Source: Octopus sinensis (taxonomy: Eukaryota). From it: a stretch of DNA of 64,000 bases. The translations under genes and the position numbers were made by a program. Where the stretch lies: NCBI RefSeq assembly GCF_006345805.1, contig NC_043006.1:23436001-23500000 (forward strand), given 5' to 3'. The notes under the pieces were generated by a model. The model was not told the origin of the DNA. It worked only from the letters and a program-made list of their open reading frames with translations, and did no database searches. This document shows positions 12,540 to 26,510 of this stretch, piece by piece (position 1 is the first letter of the stretch; each line of letters begins with the position of its first letter).

Positions 12540-14744
12540 CTAGAAATAATTGAAATTCAGAATGTAAATTAATAACGAAATTCACTACTATTTATTTATA
12601 AAACAAATAATTTTTGAAAAGTATAAAAATTAATCTACATTAAGACTAAGTTAATAATTTTGCAAAACAACAAAAGCAAAAAGAATGTTAAAGTTTTATT
12701 ATTACCATATTTCTAAGGCAAACACATGGTTCTTTATCCTTTAATTTTTTTAATAATAATTATGAAAGGTTTAGTAAATCAACAAACTTTATTTGTCTAT
12801 ATATTAAACCTTCTGATCCAAGACAGCCCATAGTTCATTGAAGCAAAATTCATATTTTGTTGTTATCGCTAGGCCTAACTCATCGTAAAGTCAATACCAC
12901 CATGACTGATATCCAATCTACAGTGGAGAAGGCTAGCCACTGGATTTGGTTAAAAAGAGACGATAAGCTAGAAGTATATTGAGTTCTTCATAACCAGCTG
13001 ATATAGCAAGCGGGGCCTCATATCAGTGATGGGGGCCGGTGCGCATTGATGCCGTCAAGAGGTAGGCCCCGAAATGGCACGCATTCTCTCCTGATGACCC
13101 CATACACTTGCTAGCTTCCGGTATATGGAGCTTTTAACTGGTAGCACTTGCATGTGCAAGTTGTTTGCAAGACATCAAATCAAATCCTATCAAAATTTCA
13201 TGTTAATTTGTTCCTAACACCAGCTTCATAATGAAAAAGTTATTTCACTAAATTCTTCATTATTTTCAAAATTGAGACAAAAGCAGTGCAGTTCAAAAGA
13301 AAATAGTTACAATAGGATTAAACTGGTATTTGGAACTCAGTTTGACCATTTACCTATTGAAATATGTTATAGGTCAGGTGATACAATTTCAGTTAAGATT
13401 TGAATTTATATTTGAAACATTTTTTGTAAGAGTGGTGTCAGGCAATTTAATGAAGTCAATGTATCATAAACCTAAGCATATTTCAGTATGTGTACATGCA
13501 AACACCCAATGACTTAATCCCTGCACTACACAAACACACAATTTGTCCTTATTTTCTTGTCTGCAGATTTATTATATTGCGGCTCTCTTCCCCTCTTGTA
13601 CAGCCATTTAACACTTTCTCTTTCTTTGACCCACTCCTATTTCTTACGCCTTCCCTTCCATGCTGATATTTACCACCAAACACACATCCACCTGTCATTC
13701 CCCACTTACACTAATGAACTCATTGACCCATCCTTCCTGATCATTAGTCATTCTCTGTTATACTCCCCTTCTTGTATCATCAGTCTACTTTCCAGCTACT
13801 CCCACCCACCCTTATATAATGTAGGGTAGCCATGTATCTCAGACTGTAGCAAGACTGTGCTTTTCCCATTATCATACTTTAGCATAAAAGCACATCTCGC
13901 TCTCAACCCAACTCAGTCAGGGATCCTTTTCTTTGCCTTGTGAATTGAAACATCATCATTGTTGTCATTTAAAAAAAATTTTAAAAGTACCCAGACACTC
14001 TATAAAGTGGAGGCATTAAGAAGGGTATCCAGCCATAGAAAAAATACCAAAACAAGACATTGGAACTCAACAGGCTCATTGGATTCTGTCAAACTGTTCA
14101 ACTCATACCAACATAGTGGATGGATGTTAAATAATGATGGCTACTGACAATTATGACCTAATAATAAGAACTGAAATAAACATGGAAGCTTCATGATGGT
14201 TGCTCAACAAACTAGAAATAACAGTCATTTTTCACTCAAACCACCCCCTACTATCTTGAAAAAGAAAGAATACATTGAAAAATATATTCCTTGATATGCA
14301 GTGTTTGAAAAGAGACTGTTTCAGCTGGAATCAATTTGATCCTAGGTCTCCTCAGAGATGGCTGTCCTGGGCTCAATTTATAAACAAAGTTAATGCAAAC
14401 ACAAGACCTTAAATTTAAATGAGAAAGGAAATGAAATTTATGATGTTTGTGCCTTTGCCAAGCATATCAGCATTTCAGATGAACTGAAATTCTTCATCAT
14501 CATTTTACATCTGCTTTTAATGCTGGCATGGATTGGAGAGATCATTTCTGCTTTTCTAGATAGGTCAGGGAACCACGTCTTATGTAAGTTTCATTTTTAG
14601 CCTGATTTTTACAGCTGGATGCTCTTCCTAATATCAGTCACTGAATGTACTGAGTGCATTTTATCATGGTACAAGCTCTAAGAGAAGACAAATAACCAGG
14701 GGTGGATAAATAGGGTGAATGCTTAGTGTAGAGCATACGTAGAG

Positions 14745-15085
14745 ATTCTTTTCTACTCTAGGTACAAGGCCCAAAATTTGGGGGAGGGGGGCAGTTGATT
14801 AGATTGGCCCAGTACACAACTGGTACTTAATTTATTGACCCTGAAAGGATGATAGGCAAAGTTGAACTCGGTGGAATTTTAACTCAGAACGTAAAGATAA
14901 ATGAAATACCTATTTCTTTACTATCCACAAGGGGCTAAACACAGAGGGGACAAACAAGGACAGACAAACGGATTAAGTCGATTACATTGACACCAGTGCC
15001 GTGCTAACATTTCTGCCAGCTTGCCGTAAAGATAAATGAAATACCGCTAAGCATTTCGCCCAGCTAACATCTCCGCCAGCTCACT
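14745..15085 (-). mobile_element. SINE family 1 multimer, partly rearranged
   Basis: Both tail types are present, with the junction aaagaaata|ggtatttc on the minus strand. Confidence 0.75.
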
Positions 15086-15342
15086 GCCTTGCATGAGTAG
15101 AGAATCTGCTTCAACAAATTCCATCTGACCCATGTTTGCATGGAAAAGTAAGTATTAAAACAATTAGTGGAATCCAATCTTTTATTCATTTCACTCTTTC
15201 TTTTCATATATTTTCAAAATTCGTTAAATTTTCAATTATTCACTCTTTATTTTCTGGTGTCTTTTATTATTATTATCATAATTATTATTATTATTATTAC
15301 CATCAGCCAATTTTTTTGAGAAAAATATCAGCAAGAAAAATT

Positions 15343-18300
15343 TAAAATAAATTTTCTGGCAGCATGAATGAGCATGGTTGCCAGAGATTGCCATAGATTG
15401 CCAGAGGTAGCTGGAGATAGCAGGAGATTGCCTGAGATCGCCGGAGACTGCCGGAGATAGCTGGAGATTGCCAGAGATTGCAGAAGATAGCCGGAGATGG
15501 CTGGAGATAGGCGGAATAGCATTTTGCAAGATTTCCCAATAATGCTGGGTGTTAAAACACCTAGAAGAGAGTGAGATAGGTGGAGGTAGAGTGCAATAGA
15601 GTGAGATAGTCAGAGATTGCCGGAGATAACCGGAGATTGCTGGAGATTGCCGAAGATTGCCGGAGATTGCCGGAGATAGCCGGAGATAGCTGGAGACTAC
15701 CACAGATAGCTGGAGATTGCCGGAGATAGCCGGAGAATGCTGAAGAAAGCCAAAGATTGCCATAGAATGTGGAGATTGCCGGACATTGCCGGAGATTGCC
15801 GGAGATATCTGGAGATAGACGGAGATGGCCGGAGATAGGCGGAATAGCATTTTGGGAAATTTCCCAATAATGCTGGTGTTACAACAGCTGGAAGCGAGTG
15901 AGATAGAGAGAGATCGGCGGAGATAGGCGGAATAGCATTTTGGAAGATTTCCTTAAAATGCTGGGTGTTAAAACACCTGGAAGAGAGTGAGATAGAGTGA
16001 GATAGGCGGAGATAGGCGGAATAGCATTTTGGGAGATTTCCCAATAATGCTGGGTGTTAAAGCACCTGGGTGACATTGCAGGAGATAGCTGGAGATTGCC
16101 GGAGATAACCAGTAATTGCCGGAGATAGCCGGAGATTGCCGGAGATAGCCGGAGATTGCCGGAGATGCCCGGAGATTACCGGAGACTGGCGGAGATAGCC
16201 GTAGATGCCCGGAGATGGCCGGAGATAGGTGGAATAGCATTTTGGGAGATTTCCCGATAATGCTGGGTGTTAAAACACCTGGGAGAGAGTGAGATAGACG
16301 GAAATAGGTGAAGATAGCCGGAGATTGCCCGAGATACCCGGAAATAACCGGAGATTTCCGTAGATTGCCGGAGATAGCCGGAAATTGCTGGAGGCTGCCA
16401 CAGATAGCCGGAGACTACCGGAAATTGCCGGACATTGACGGAGATTGCCGAAGAAAGCCAGAGATTGCTGGAGGCCACCGCAGATAGCCGGAGATTATCG
16501 GAGATTGCCGGAGATTACCGGAAATTGCTGGACATTGATGGAGATTGCTGAAGAAAGCCGGAGATTGCCGTAGATTGCGGAGATTGCCGGAGATAGCCGG
16601 AGATTGCCGGAGATAGCTGAAGATAGCCGGAGATGGCCAGAGATTGCTGGAGATAGGCGGAATAGAATTTTGGGAGATTTCCCAATAATGCTGGGTGTTA
16701 AAATACCTGGGAGAGATTGCAGGAGATAGCCAGAGATTACCGGAGAATGCCGTAGATTGCTGGAGATAGCCAGAGATTACTGGAGATTGCCATAGATTGC
16801 AGGAGACAGCCGGAGATTTGCAGAGATAGCTGGAGATGGTCGGAGATTTCCGAACATAGGCAGAATAGCATTTTGGGAGATTTCCCAATAATGCTGGGTG
16901 TTAAAACACCTGGGAGAGACTGAGATAGACAGAGATAGGCGGAGATAGAGGGAAATAGGCGGAATCGCATTTTGGAAGATTTCCTAATAATGCTGGGTGT
17001 TAAAACACCTCGAAGAGAGTGAAGTAGAGTGAGATAGGCGGAGATAGGGTGAGATAGGCGGAGATAGGTGGAGATAGGCGGAAATAGGGGGAACAGCATT
17101 TTGGAAGATTTCCCAATAATGCGGGGTGTTAAAACACCAGCGAGAGAGTGAGATAGTCGGAAATAGGCAGAATAGCATTTTGGGACATTTCCCAATAATG
17201 CTGGGTGTTAAAACACCTGGGAGAGATTGCAGGAGATAGCCGGAGATTACCGGAGAATGCCGTAGATTGCCGGAGATAGCCGGAGATTACCGGAGAATGC
17301 CGTAGATTGCCGGAGATAGCCGGAGATTACTGGAGATTGCTGGAGATAGCCGAAGATTTCAGAGATTGCCGGAGATTGCCGGAGATAGCTGGAGATTACC
17401 GGAGAATGCCGTAGGTTGCCGGAGATAACCGAAGATTGCCGGAGATAGGCGGAATAACATTTTGAGAGAAATCCCGATATGCTGGCTGGGAAAACACCTG
17501 GGATAGATTGTAGGAGATAGCCGGAGATTGCCGGAGATAGGTGGAATAGCATTTTGGGAGATTTCCCGATAATGCTGGGTGTTAAAACACCTGGGAGAGA
17601 GTGAGATAGACAGAAATAGGTGAAGATAGTCGGAGATTGCCTGAGATACCCGGAAATAACCGTAGATTGCCGGAGATTGCCGAAATTGCTGGAGGCTGCC
17701 GCAGATAGCCGGAAATTGCTGGAGATTGCCGGATTGGCCGGAGATTACCTGAAATTGCCGGACATTGACGGAGATTGCTGGAGGTAGCCGTAGATAGCCG
17801 GAGATTACCGGAGATTGCCGGAGATGGCCGGAGATTACCGGAAATTGCCGGACATTGACGGAGATTGCCGGAGATTGCCGTAGATTGCGGAGATTGCCGG
17901 AGATAGCCGGAAATTGCCGGAGATAGCTGAAGATAGCCGAAGATGGCTAGAGATTGCTGGAGATAGGCGGAATAGAATTTTGGGAGATTTCCCAATAATG
18001 CTGGGTGTTAAAATACCTGGGAGAGATTGCAGGGGATAGCCGGAGATTACCGGAGAATGCCGTAGATTGCAGGAGACAGCCGGAGATTTGCAGAGATAGC
18101 CGGAGATGTTCGGAGATTTCCGAACATAGGCAGAATAGCAATTTGGGAGATTTCCCAATAATGCTGGGTGTTAAAACACCTGGGAGAGACTGAGATAGAC
18201 GGAGATAGGCGGAGATAGAGGGAAATAGGCGGAATCGCATTTTGGAAGATTTCCTAATAATGCTGGGTGTTAAAACACCTGGAAGAGATGAGGTAGAGTG

Positions 18301-19066
18301 AGTTAGGCGGAGATAGGGTGAGATAGGCGGAGATAGGTGGAGATAGGCGGAGATAGGCGAAACAGCATTTTGGGAGATTTCTCAATAATGCTGGGTGTTA
18401 AAACACCAGCGAGAGAGTGAGATAGTCGGAAATAGGCGGAGATAGGCGGAATAGAATTTTGGGACATTTCCCAATAATGCTGGGTGTTAAAACACCTGGG
18501 AGAGATTGCAGGAGATAGCCGGAGATTATCGGAGAATGCCGTAGATTGCCGGAGATTGCCGGAGATAGCTGTAGATTACCGGAGATTGCTGAAGAAAGGC
18601 GGAGCTACCAGGAGATTGCCGGAGATAGCAGGAGATTGCCGGAGATAGCCGGAGATTGCCGGAGATAGCCGGAGATAGCCGGAGATAGCCGGCGATTGCC
18701 TTAGATAGGCGGAATAGCATTTTGGGAGATTTTCCAATAATGCTGAGTGTTAAAACACCAGCGAGAGATTGCAGGAGATTGCCGTAGATTGCCGGAGACA
18801 GCCGGAGATTTCCGGAGATAGCTGGAGTTAGCCGGAGATTGCCGGAGATTGCCGAAGATTGCTGGAGATTTCCGAAGATTGCCGGAGATTGCCAAAGATT
18901 GCCGGAGATAGCCGTAGATGGCCGTAGATGACCGGAGATTCTCGTAGATAGCGGATTAGCGTTTTGGGAGATTTCCCAATAATGCTGGGTGTTCAAACAC
19001 CTGGGAGAGATTGAGATAGACGGAGATAGGCGGAATGGCATTTTGGGAGATTTCCCAATAATGCTG
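15343..19066. repeat. Satellite S1: 10-bp units (ggagattgcc/ggagatagcc) punctuated by about 20 copies of a ~55-bp double-hairpin anchor
   Basis: The anchor ggaatagcattttgggagatttcccaataatgctgggtgttaaaacacc recurs at variable spacing; a ~1.3-kb higher-order repeat is visible. Confidence 0.95.
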
Positions 19067-22000
19067 CACTTATTTACACTATACAGTGCATATTCGCCCA
19101 TATTGAGTGATCCTATATAACCTCTGAAAAAAACTGGGCCTATATTGCAACTTCTCCATTTTTATAGGATACGGATCAAAATTTTCAAAGTATTTTCAAT
19201 TGATTTACTTCAAATTTCTGAAAATCTTTTCAAAAGAATATCATAAAAATTTGCAAAAATACGCCCACGAGTCCTTCTTAGGTTATTTTGCGCCCCAATC
19301 GTACGTTAATAAGCTATTTAGGCCCAGGGTCATTTACAATCTATGTAAGCCCCTACTCGGCCTATGTAGTCTATATTGGCACCAATGGTCATAAATAGCT
19401 TATATAGTCTCCTAAGCAGACTCTAGGAACACATGGGCTTATATTGCTACTTCTGCACCTGTATAGGATTTTGATGAAAACTTTGAAAACATTTTAAAAA
19501 GGAATTCGATTAAACTTTTGAAAAAAATTTCAATGGAATTTGATGAAAATTTTCAAAACTTTCCAAAGTTTTCCCTGAAAATTCTGAAAAAATTTTCAAA
19601 AGAGTTTGATGAAAATTTTGATAAAACTTTTCAGTCTTTCACGAAATATTTTTCGAAAATTTCATCAATTTCCTTTGAAAAGTTTTTCAAATTTTCATCA
19701 GATTCCTTTAAAATGTTTTTTAAAATGTCCATCAAATTCCTTTGAAAGGTTTTTCAAAATTCCTATCAAATTCCTTACGAAAGTTTGTCAAAATTTTCAC
19801 AAAACTCCTCAAAAAGTTTTTCAAAATTTCTATCATATTTCTTAGAAAACTTTTTCAAAATTTTCCTCCCATTCCTTTGATAAGTTTGTCAAAATTTTCA
19901 ACAAAAAGATTTTCAAAATTCTCATCAAAATCCTTTGAAAAGTTTTTCAGAATTTTCACCAAACCCTCTAAAAGTTTTTCAAAATTTTCATGAAATCTAT
20001 GTAGGGACAGGAGGGCTGTATAGTCTATTTAGGCCCTGTGCTCCAATATAGTGCATATAAGCACTCAGTACCTAAATACAATATAGGCACCCTGTGCCTA
20101 TATACATTATATAGGCCCCTAGGCCTAAATACGTTATATAGGCCTCTGGGACTATATAGTGTATATAGGAACAAGGGCCTATATAGTGTATATAGGAACA
20201 AGGGCCTGTATCGTCTAGGTTCCCTGGGCCAATATACACTATCGATCCCCTGGGCCAGTATTCATTATATAGGCCCCTGTGTATATATACACTATATAGG
20301 CCCATGGGCCAATAACACTATATAGTCATTGGGCATATATAATGTATATAGAGACAGGTGTTTGTATAGTCTATACTATAAAAACACCTGTCTGTATATT
20401 TACACTATATAAGCCCATGGGCCTATATAGTGTATATAGGCCCTGGGTATATACAATGTATATAGAGACAGATGTCTGTATAGTCTATATAGGGATACAG
20501 TGCCTGTATGCTCTATAGACGCTCTTGGCCTATATACATTATATAGGCCTCTGGGCCTATATACAGTATATGGGCATCTGGGCATATAGAGAGTATATAG
20601 GGACAAGTGCCTTTATAGTGCAGGCCTCCTGGTCCACTGTACACTATATGCCTCCTGGGCCTGTATACATTATATAGGCCCCTGAGTCTATATACACTAT
20701 ATAGTCCCAGACACCTGGGCCTATATTGCAACTTCTGCACCTGCGTAGGATTTTGATGAAAATTTTGAAAAAATTTTTTAAAGGAATTTCATGAAACTTT
20801 TGAAAAACATTTAAATGGAATTTGATGAAAATTTTCAATACATTCCAAAGTGTTCCATGAAAATTCTGAAAACATTTTCTGAAGTGTTTGATGAAAATTT
20901 TGATAAAACTTTTCAGTGTTTCACGAAATTGTTTTCAACGATTTCATCAAATTCCTTTTAAAAGTTTTCAAATTTTCATCAAATTCCTTAAAAATGTTTT
21001 TTAAAATGTTCATCAAATTCCTTTGAAAGGTTTTTCAAAACTTTCATCAAATTAATAAGAAAAATTTGTCAAACTTTTCACAAAACTCCTCTAGAAGTTT
21101 TTCAAAATTTATATCATATTCCTTAGAAAAAGTTTTTGAAAATTCTTCTCTAATTTCTTTGAAAAGTTTGTCAAAATTTTCGCCGAAATCCTCAAAAAGT
21201 TTTTCAAAATTTTCATCAAATTCCTTTGAAAGGTTTTTCAGGATTTTCACCAAAACCCTCTAAAAGATTTTCAAAACACGCTATATAGGTCCATGAGCCT
21301 ATATACATTATATTGGACCATGGGCCTATAAAACTATATAGTCATTAAGCATATATACACACTATATAGTCCCATGGGCCTAAATACATAGGCCTCCGGG
21401 CTTATATTCAAATAGATAGCGCATATTCTCCCATGAAAAAGAAACTGGGCCTATATACATTATATAGGCCCATAGGCCTATATATGGTATATAGGCCTCT
21501 GGGCATATATACACTATATACACTATATAAGTCTATACAATCTATATAGGCCCATACTCGGCCTATATAATCTATATCGGCACCCATGGTAGAAATAGTT
21601 TATACAGTCTCCTAAGCAGACTCTAGGAACATCTGGGCCTATATTGCAACTTCTGAACCTGTATAGGATTTTGATGAATATTTTGAAAAACATTTCAAAC
21701 GAATTTGATGAAAATTTTCAATACATTCCAAAGTGTTCCATGAAAATTCTGAAAACATTTTCTGAAGTGTTTGATGAAAATTTTGATAAAACTTTTCAGT
21801 GTTTCACGAAATTGTTTTCAACGATTTCATCAAATTCCTTTTAAAAGTTTTCAAATTTTCATCAAATTCCTTAAAAATGTTTTTTAAAATGTTCATCAAA
21901 TTCCTTTGAAAGGTTTTTCAAAACTTTCATCAAATTAATAAGAAAAATTTGTCAAACTTTTCACAAAACTCCTCTAGAAGTTTTTCAAAATTTATATCAT

Positions 22001-24502
22001 ATTCCTTAGAAAAAGTTTTTGAAAATTCTTCTCTAATTTCTTTGAAAAGTTTGTCAAAATTTTCGCCGAAATCCTCAAAAAGTTTTTCAAAATTTTCATC
22101 AAATTCCTTTGAAAGGTTTTTCAGGATTTTCACCAAAACCCTCTAAAAGATTTTCAAAACACGCTATATAGGTCCATGAGCCTATATACATTATATTGGA
22201 CCATGGGCCTATAAAACTATATAGTCATTAAGCATATATACACACTATATAGTCCCATGGGCCTAAATACATAGGCCTCCGGGCTTATATTCAAATAGAT
22301 AGCGCATATTCTCCCATGAAAAAGAAACTGGGCCTATATACATTATATAGGCCCATAGGCCTATATATGGTATATAGGCCTCTGGGCATATATACACTAT
22401 ATACACTATATAAGTCTATACAATCTATATAGGCCCATACTCGGCCTATATAATCTATATCGGCACCCATGGTAGAAATAGTTTATACAGTCTCCTAAGC
22501 AGACTCTAGGAACATCTGGGCCTATATTGCAACTTCTGAACCTGTATAGGATTTTGATGAATATTTTGAAAAACATTTCAAACGAATTTGATGAAAATTT
22601 TTATAAAACTTTTCAGTGTTTCACGAAATTTTTTCAAATTTTCATAATTTTCCTCAAATTCCTTAGAAGTGGTTTTTCAAAATTTTCATCAAATCCTTTC
22701 AAAAGTTTTTCGAAGTTTTCACCAAAATCCTCTAAAAGTTTTTCAAAATTCTTATCAAATTCCTTTGAAAAGTTTGTCATATTGTTCACCAAAATCATCT
22801 AAATGTTTTTCGAAATTTTCATCAGATTCTTTTGAAAATTTCATTATTTGTCAAAATTTTCACCAAAATCCTCTAAATGTTTTTCAAAATTTTCATCATA
22901 TTCCTTAGAAAAGTTTTTCAAAATTTTCATAAAATTCCTTTGGAAAGTTTTTAAAAATTTTCACCAAAATCGTCTGAAAGTTTTTCAATATTTTTCATCA
23001 AATTCCTTTGAAAACTTTTTCAAAATTTTCATCAAAATCCTCTAAAAGTTATCAAAATTTTCAACAAATCAGGGAGGCTGTATAGTCTGTGTAGACCCCT
23101 GGTCCAATATAGTGTATATAGTTACCCTGGGCCTATAACATTATATAGGCCCCTGGGCCAATATACATTATGTAGGGCCCTGGGCCTATATGGTGTATAT
23201 AGGGACAGCAGCCTGTATAGTCTATATACGATCGCTGCTCCAATATACTGTATATAGGCACCCTCTGCCTATATACAGTACAGACCCTCTGTGCCGATAT
23301 ACATTATATAGGCCCCTAGGCCTATATACACTATATAGGCCCCTGGAAATAGATATTGTATATAGGGACATGTGCCTGTATAGTCTAGGCCCCCTTGTTC
23401 AATATACACTATAGGCCCCCTGGGCTTGTATTCATTATATAGGCTCATGAGTCTATATACACTATATAGGCCCATGAGCCTATATACAATATTTAGGCCC
23501 TAGGCCTATATAATGTATATCGGGAGAGTGGCCTGTATAGTCTATACAGGCATGCATTGCCTGTATGAAGAAATTTTCAGATGAGTTTGAGGAAAATTTT
23601 GATAAAACTTTTCATTGTTACGCGAATTATTTTTCAAAATTTTCATTGAACTCCTTTGAAAATTTTTTCAAAAATTTCCCCATATTACTTAGAAAATTCT
23701 TTCAAACTTTTGCTCAAATTCCTTTGAAAAGTTTGTCGAAATTTTCACCAAAATCCTCTAAAATTTCTTCAAATTTTTCATAAAAGTCCTTTGAAAGTTT
23801 CTTAAAAATTTTCCTCAAATTCCTTCGCAAAGTTTGTCGTAATTTTCACCAAAATCCTCTAAAAGTTTTTCAAAATTTTCATTATATTCCTTAGAAACAT
23901 TTTTCAAAATTTTCCTCAAATTCCTTTGAAAAGTTTGTCAAAATTTTCATCAAATTCCTTTGAATAGTTTGTCGAAATTTTAACCAATATCCTCTAAAAC
24001 TTTTTCAAAATTTTCATCAAATTCCTTTCAAAAGTTTTTCAAACTTTTCACCGAAGTTCTCTAAAAGTTTTATTTAAATTTCATCATATTCCTTAGAAAA
24101 GCTTTTCAAAATTTTCCTTAAATTGCTTTGAAACGTTTTTCAAAATTTTCTCCAAAATCCTCTAAAATTTTTTCAAAATTTTCATCAAATTCCTTCCCAA
24201 AGTGTTTCAAAATTTTCACCAAAATCCTCTAACAGTTTTTCAAGATTTTCCACAAATCCATAATAGGGACAGGGAGTCTGTATAGTCTATATAAACCCCC
24301 TATAGTGTATATAGACAACCTTGACCTATATACACTATAGGCCCCTGGAACTATATACACTTTATAGGCCCCTTGGACTATATTGTGTATATTGGGACAA
24401 GTGTCTCTATAATGGAGGCCCCCTGGACCAATATACACTATAGGCCCCTGGGCCTGTATTCATTATATAGACCCCTGAGTCTATATACACTATATAGGCC
24501 CT
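19067..24502. repeat. Alternating A blocks (tttcaaaattttcatcaaattcctttgaaaag) and B blocks (ggcctatatacactatataggcc)
   Basis: The linker gggcctatattgcaacttct recurs near 19137, 19436, 20718, 21636 and 22519; includes an 883-bp tandem duplication. Confidence 0.92.
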
Positions 24503-25215
24503 TGAAGAGGAGGTAGAAATCTTCCACATTCCAGAGAGGGGGATTTCAGATATTGAATGGGAGTAAGGGGAGGTACAAATCTTCAACATTCCCGAGAGGG
24601 GGATTTGAGAGGAGGAAGGGGAAGAGGAGGTAGAAATCTTCAAAATTCCAGAGATAGGGATTTGAGAGGGTGAAGGAAAGAAGGGAGGTAGAAATCATCA
24701 ACATTCCAGACAGGAGGATTTGAGAGAGTGAAATGGAGGAAAAGGAGGTAGAACTCTTCAACATTCCAAGGAGGTGGATGTGAGCGGACGAAAGAGAGGA
24801 AGGGGAAGTAGAAATCTGCAACATTCCAGAAAGAGGGATTTGAGAGTGTGAAGGGGAGATAGAAATCTTCAACATTCCAGTGAGGGCCATTTGAAGGGGT
24901 GAAGGAGAGGAAGGAGAGGTAGTGATTTTCAACATTCCAGTGAGGGGGAGGAAGGGGAAATAGAAATCTTCAACATTCCAGTGAGGGGGATTTGAGAGGG
25001 TGAAGGGGAGGACTGGGAGGTAGAAATCTTCAACATTCCAGAGAGAGGGGTTTGAAAGGGTGAAGGAGAGGAAAGGGGGGGTGTGAAATTTTCAACATTC
25101 CAGGGAAGGAGCTTTGAGAGGTTGAAGGAGAGGAAGGGGAGTTAGAAATCTTCAACATTCCAGAGAGGCGGATTTTAGAGGGTGAAGGGGAGGTAGGCGA
25201 GGTAGAAATCTTCCC
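24503..25215. repeat. Purine-rich minisatellite C (~50-60-bp unit)
   Basis: About 13 copies of ggaggtagaaatcttcaacattccagagagggggatttgagagggtgaagg. Confidence 0.92.
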
Positions 25216-26415
25216 ACGTGACTCGTGTCTTACCAATTGTTTCTCGTTACTCGTTTCTCGTGACTCGTATCTTGTGTTTTGTGCCACGTCATTTCGTGTC
25301 TTGTCTTTTGTGTCGTGGCTCGTGTCTTGTCTTTAGTGTCTCGTGCCTTGTGTATTGTCTTTTGTGTCTCAGGACTCGTGTATCGTGACTCTTAACTACT
25401 GTCTCGTGATTCGTGTTTCGTGTCTCGTGACTCGTATCTTATCTGTTGTGACACGTGACTCGTGATTCCAGTTTCGTGACTCGTGAATCGTGTCTCGTGA
25501 CACCTGACACTTGTCTCGTGACTCGTGACTTGTCTTTTGTGTCTCGTGACTCGTGTCTTCACTTTAGTGTCTTGTGACTTGTGTCTTGTCTATGTGTCTC
25601 ATATCTCGTGACTCGTGACACGTGTCTAGACTTTTGTGTCTCGTGGCTCGTGCCTGGTGTCCTATCTTTTGTTTTCCGTGACTCGTGACTCGTGTCTTGT
25701 CTTTTCTGTCTCGAGACTCGTGTCTCGTGTCTCGTGCTTCGTGTCTTGTCTTTTGTATCTCGTGGCTCATGTCTCATGACTTGTGACGCGTTTCTTCTGA
25801 CTCGTATCTAATGACTCGTGTCTTGTGACTCGTGACTTGTCTTTTGTGTCTCGTGACTCGTTTCTCGTGACTCTTGTGATGTCTTTTGTATCTGGTGACT
25901 CGTATCTCGTGTCTTGTCTTTTGTGTCTCGTGATTCGTAACTCTTGACTTGTCTTTTGTGTCTCGTGACTCGTGTCTTGCCTTTTGTGTCTCGTGACTCG
26001 TGTCTTGCCTTTTGTGTCTCGTGATTCAAGTCTCATGACTCGTCACGCCTTTCTAGTGACTCGAATCTCATGCCTGTGACTCGAGTGTTATGACTTGTGA
26101 TTTCTCTTTTGTGTCTCATGACGCGTTTTTCGTAACTCTTGTCATGTATTTTGTGTCTCGTGACTCGTGTCTTGTCTTTTGTGTCTCATGACTCGTGACT
26201 CGTTTCTTTTGACTTGCGTCTCATGACTCATGACTCGTATCTTGTCTTTTGTGTCTCGCGTTTCGTGTCTCGTGACTCGTGTCTTGCCTTTTGTGTCTCG
26301 TGACTCGTGTCTTGTCTTTTATGTCTCGTGACACATATCTCGTGCCTCGTGCCTCGTGACTCGTGTCTTGTCTTTTATGTCTCTTGGCTTGTGACTCGTG
26401 AATCGAGGCTCGTGA
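25216..26415. repeat. Minisatellite D (gtgactcgtgtcttgtcttttgtgtctc, built from 7-mers)
   Basis: Direct degenerate tandem repeat. Confidence 0.92.
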
Positions 26416-26416
26416 T

Positions 26417-26510
26417 GATTCTGATTCTGATTCTGATTATTCTGATTTTGATTCTAATTTTCATTCTGATTTTGACTCTGATTCCGATTCTAATTCTGAT
26501 TCTGATTCTG
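26417..26510. repeat. (ATTCTG)n hexamer repeat closing the satellite patchwork
   Basis: Direct repeat. Confidence 0.9.

Noticed and set aside
13010-13110. HDV-like or hammerhead ribozyme (cggggcct/aggccccg stem; CTGATGA at about 13092)
   Set aside because: P1 and P3-like pairings exist, but there is no P2 partner; no stem II or properly placed GAAA for a hammerhead.
15510-19066. CRISPR-like array of palindromic repeats
   Set aside because: The spacers are degenerate decamer repeats of very variable length, there are no cas genes, and the context is eukaryotic.
19680-19705. CUGAUGA-AAAUUU-GAAA on the minus strand of an A block
   Set aside because: No stem I; expected by chance in this low-complexity repeat.
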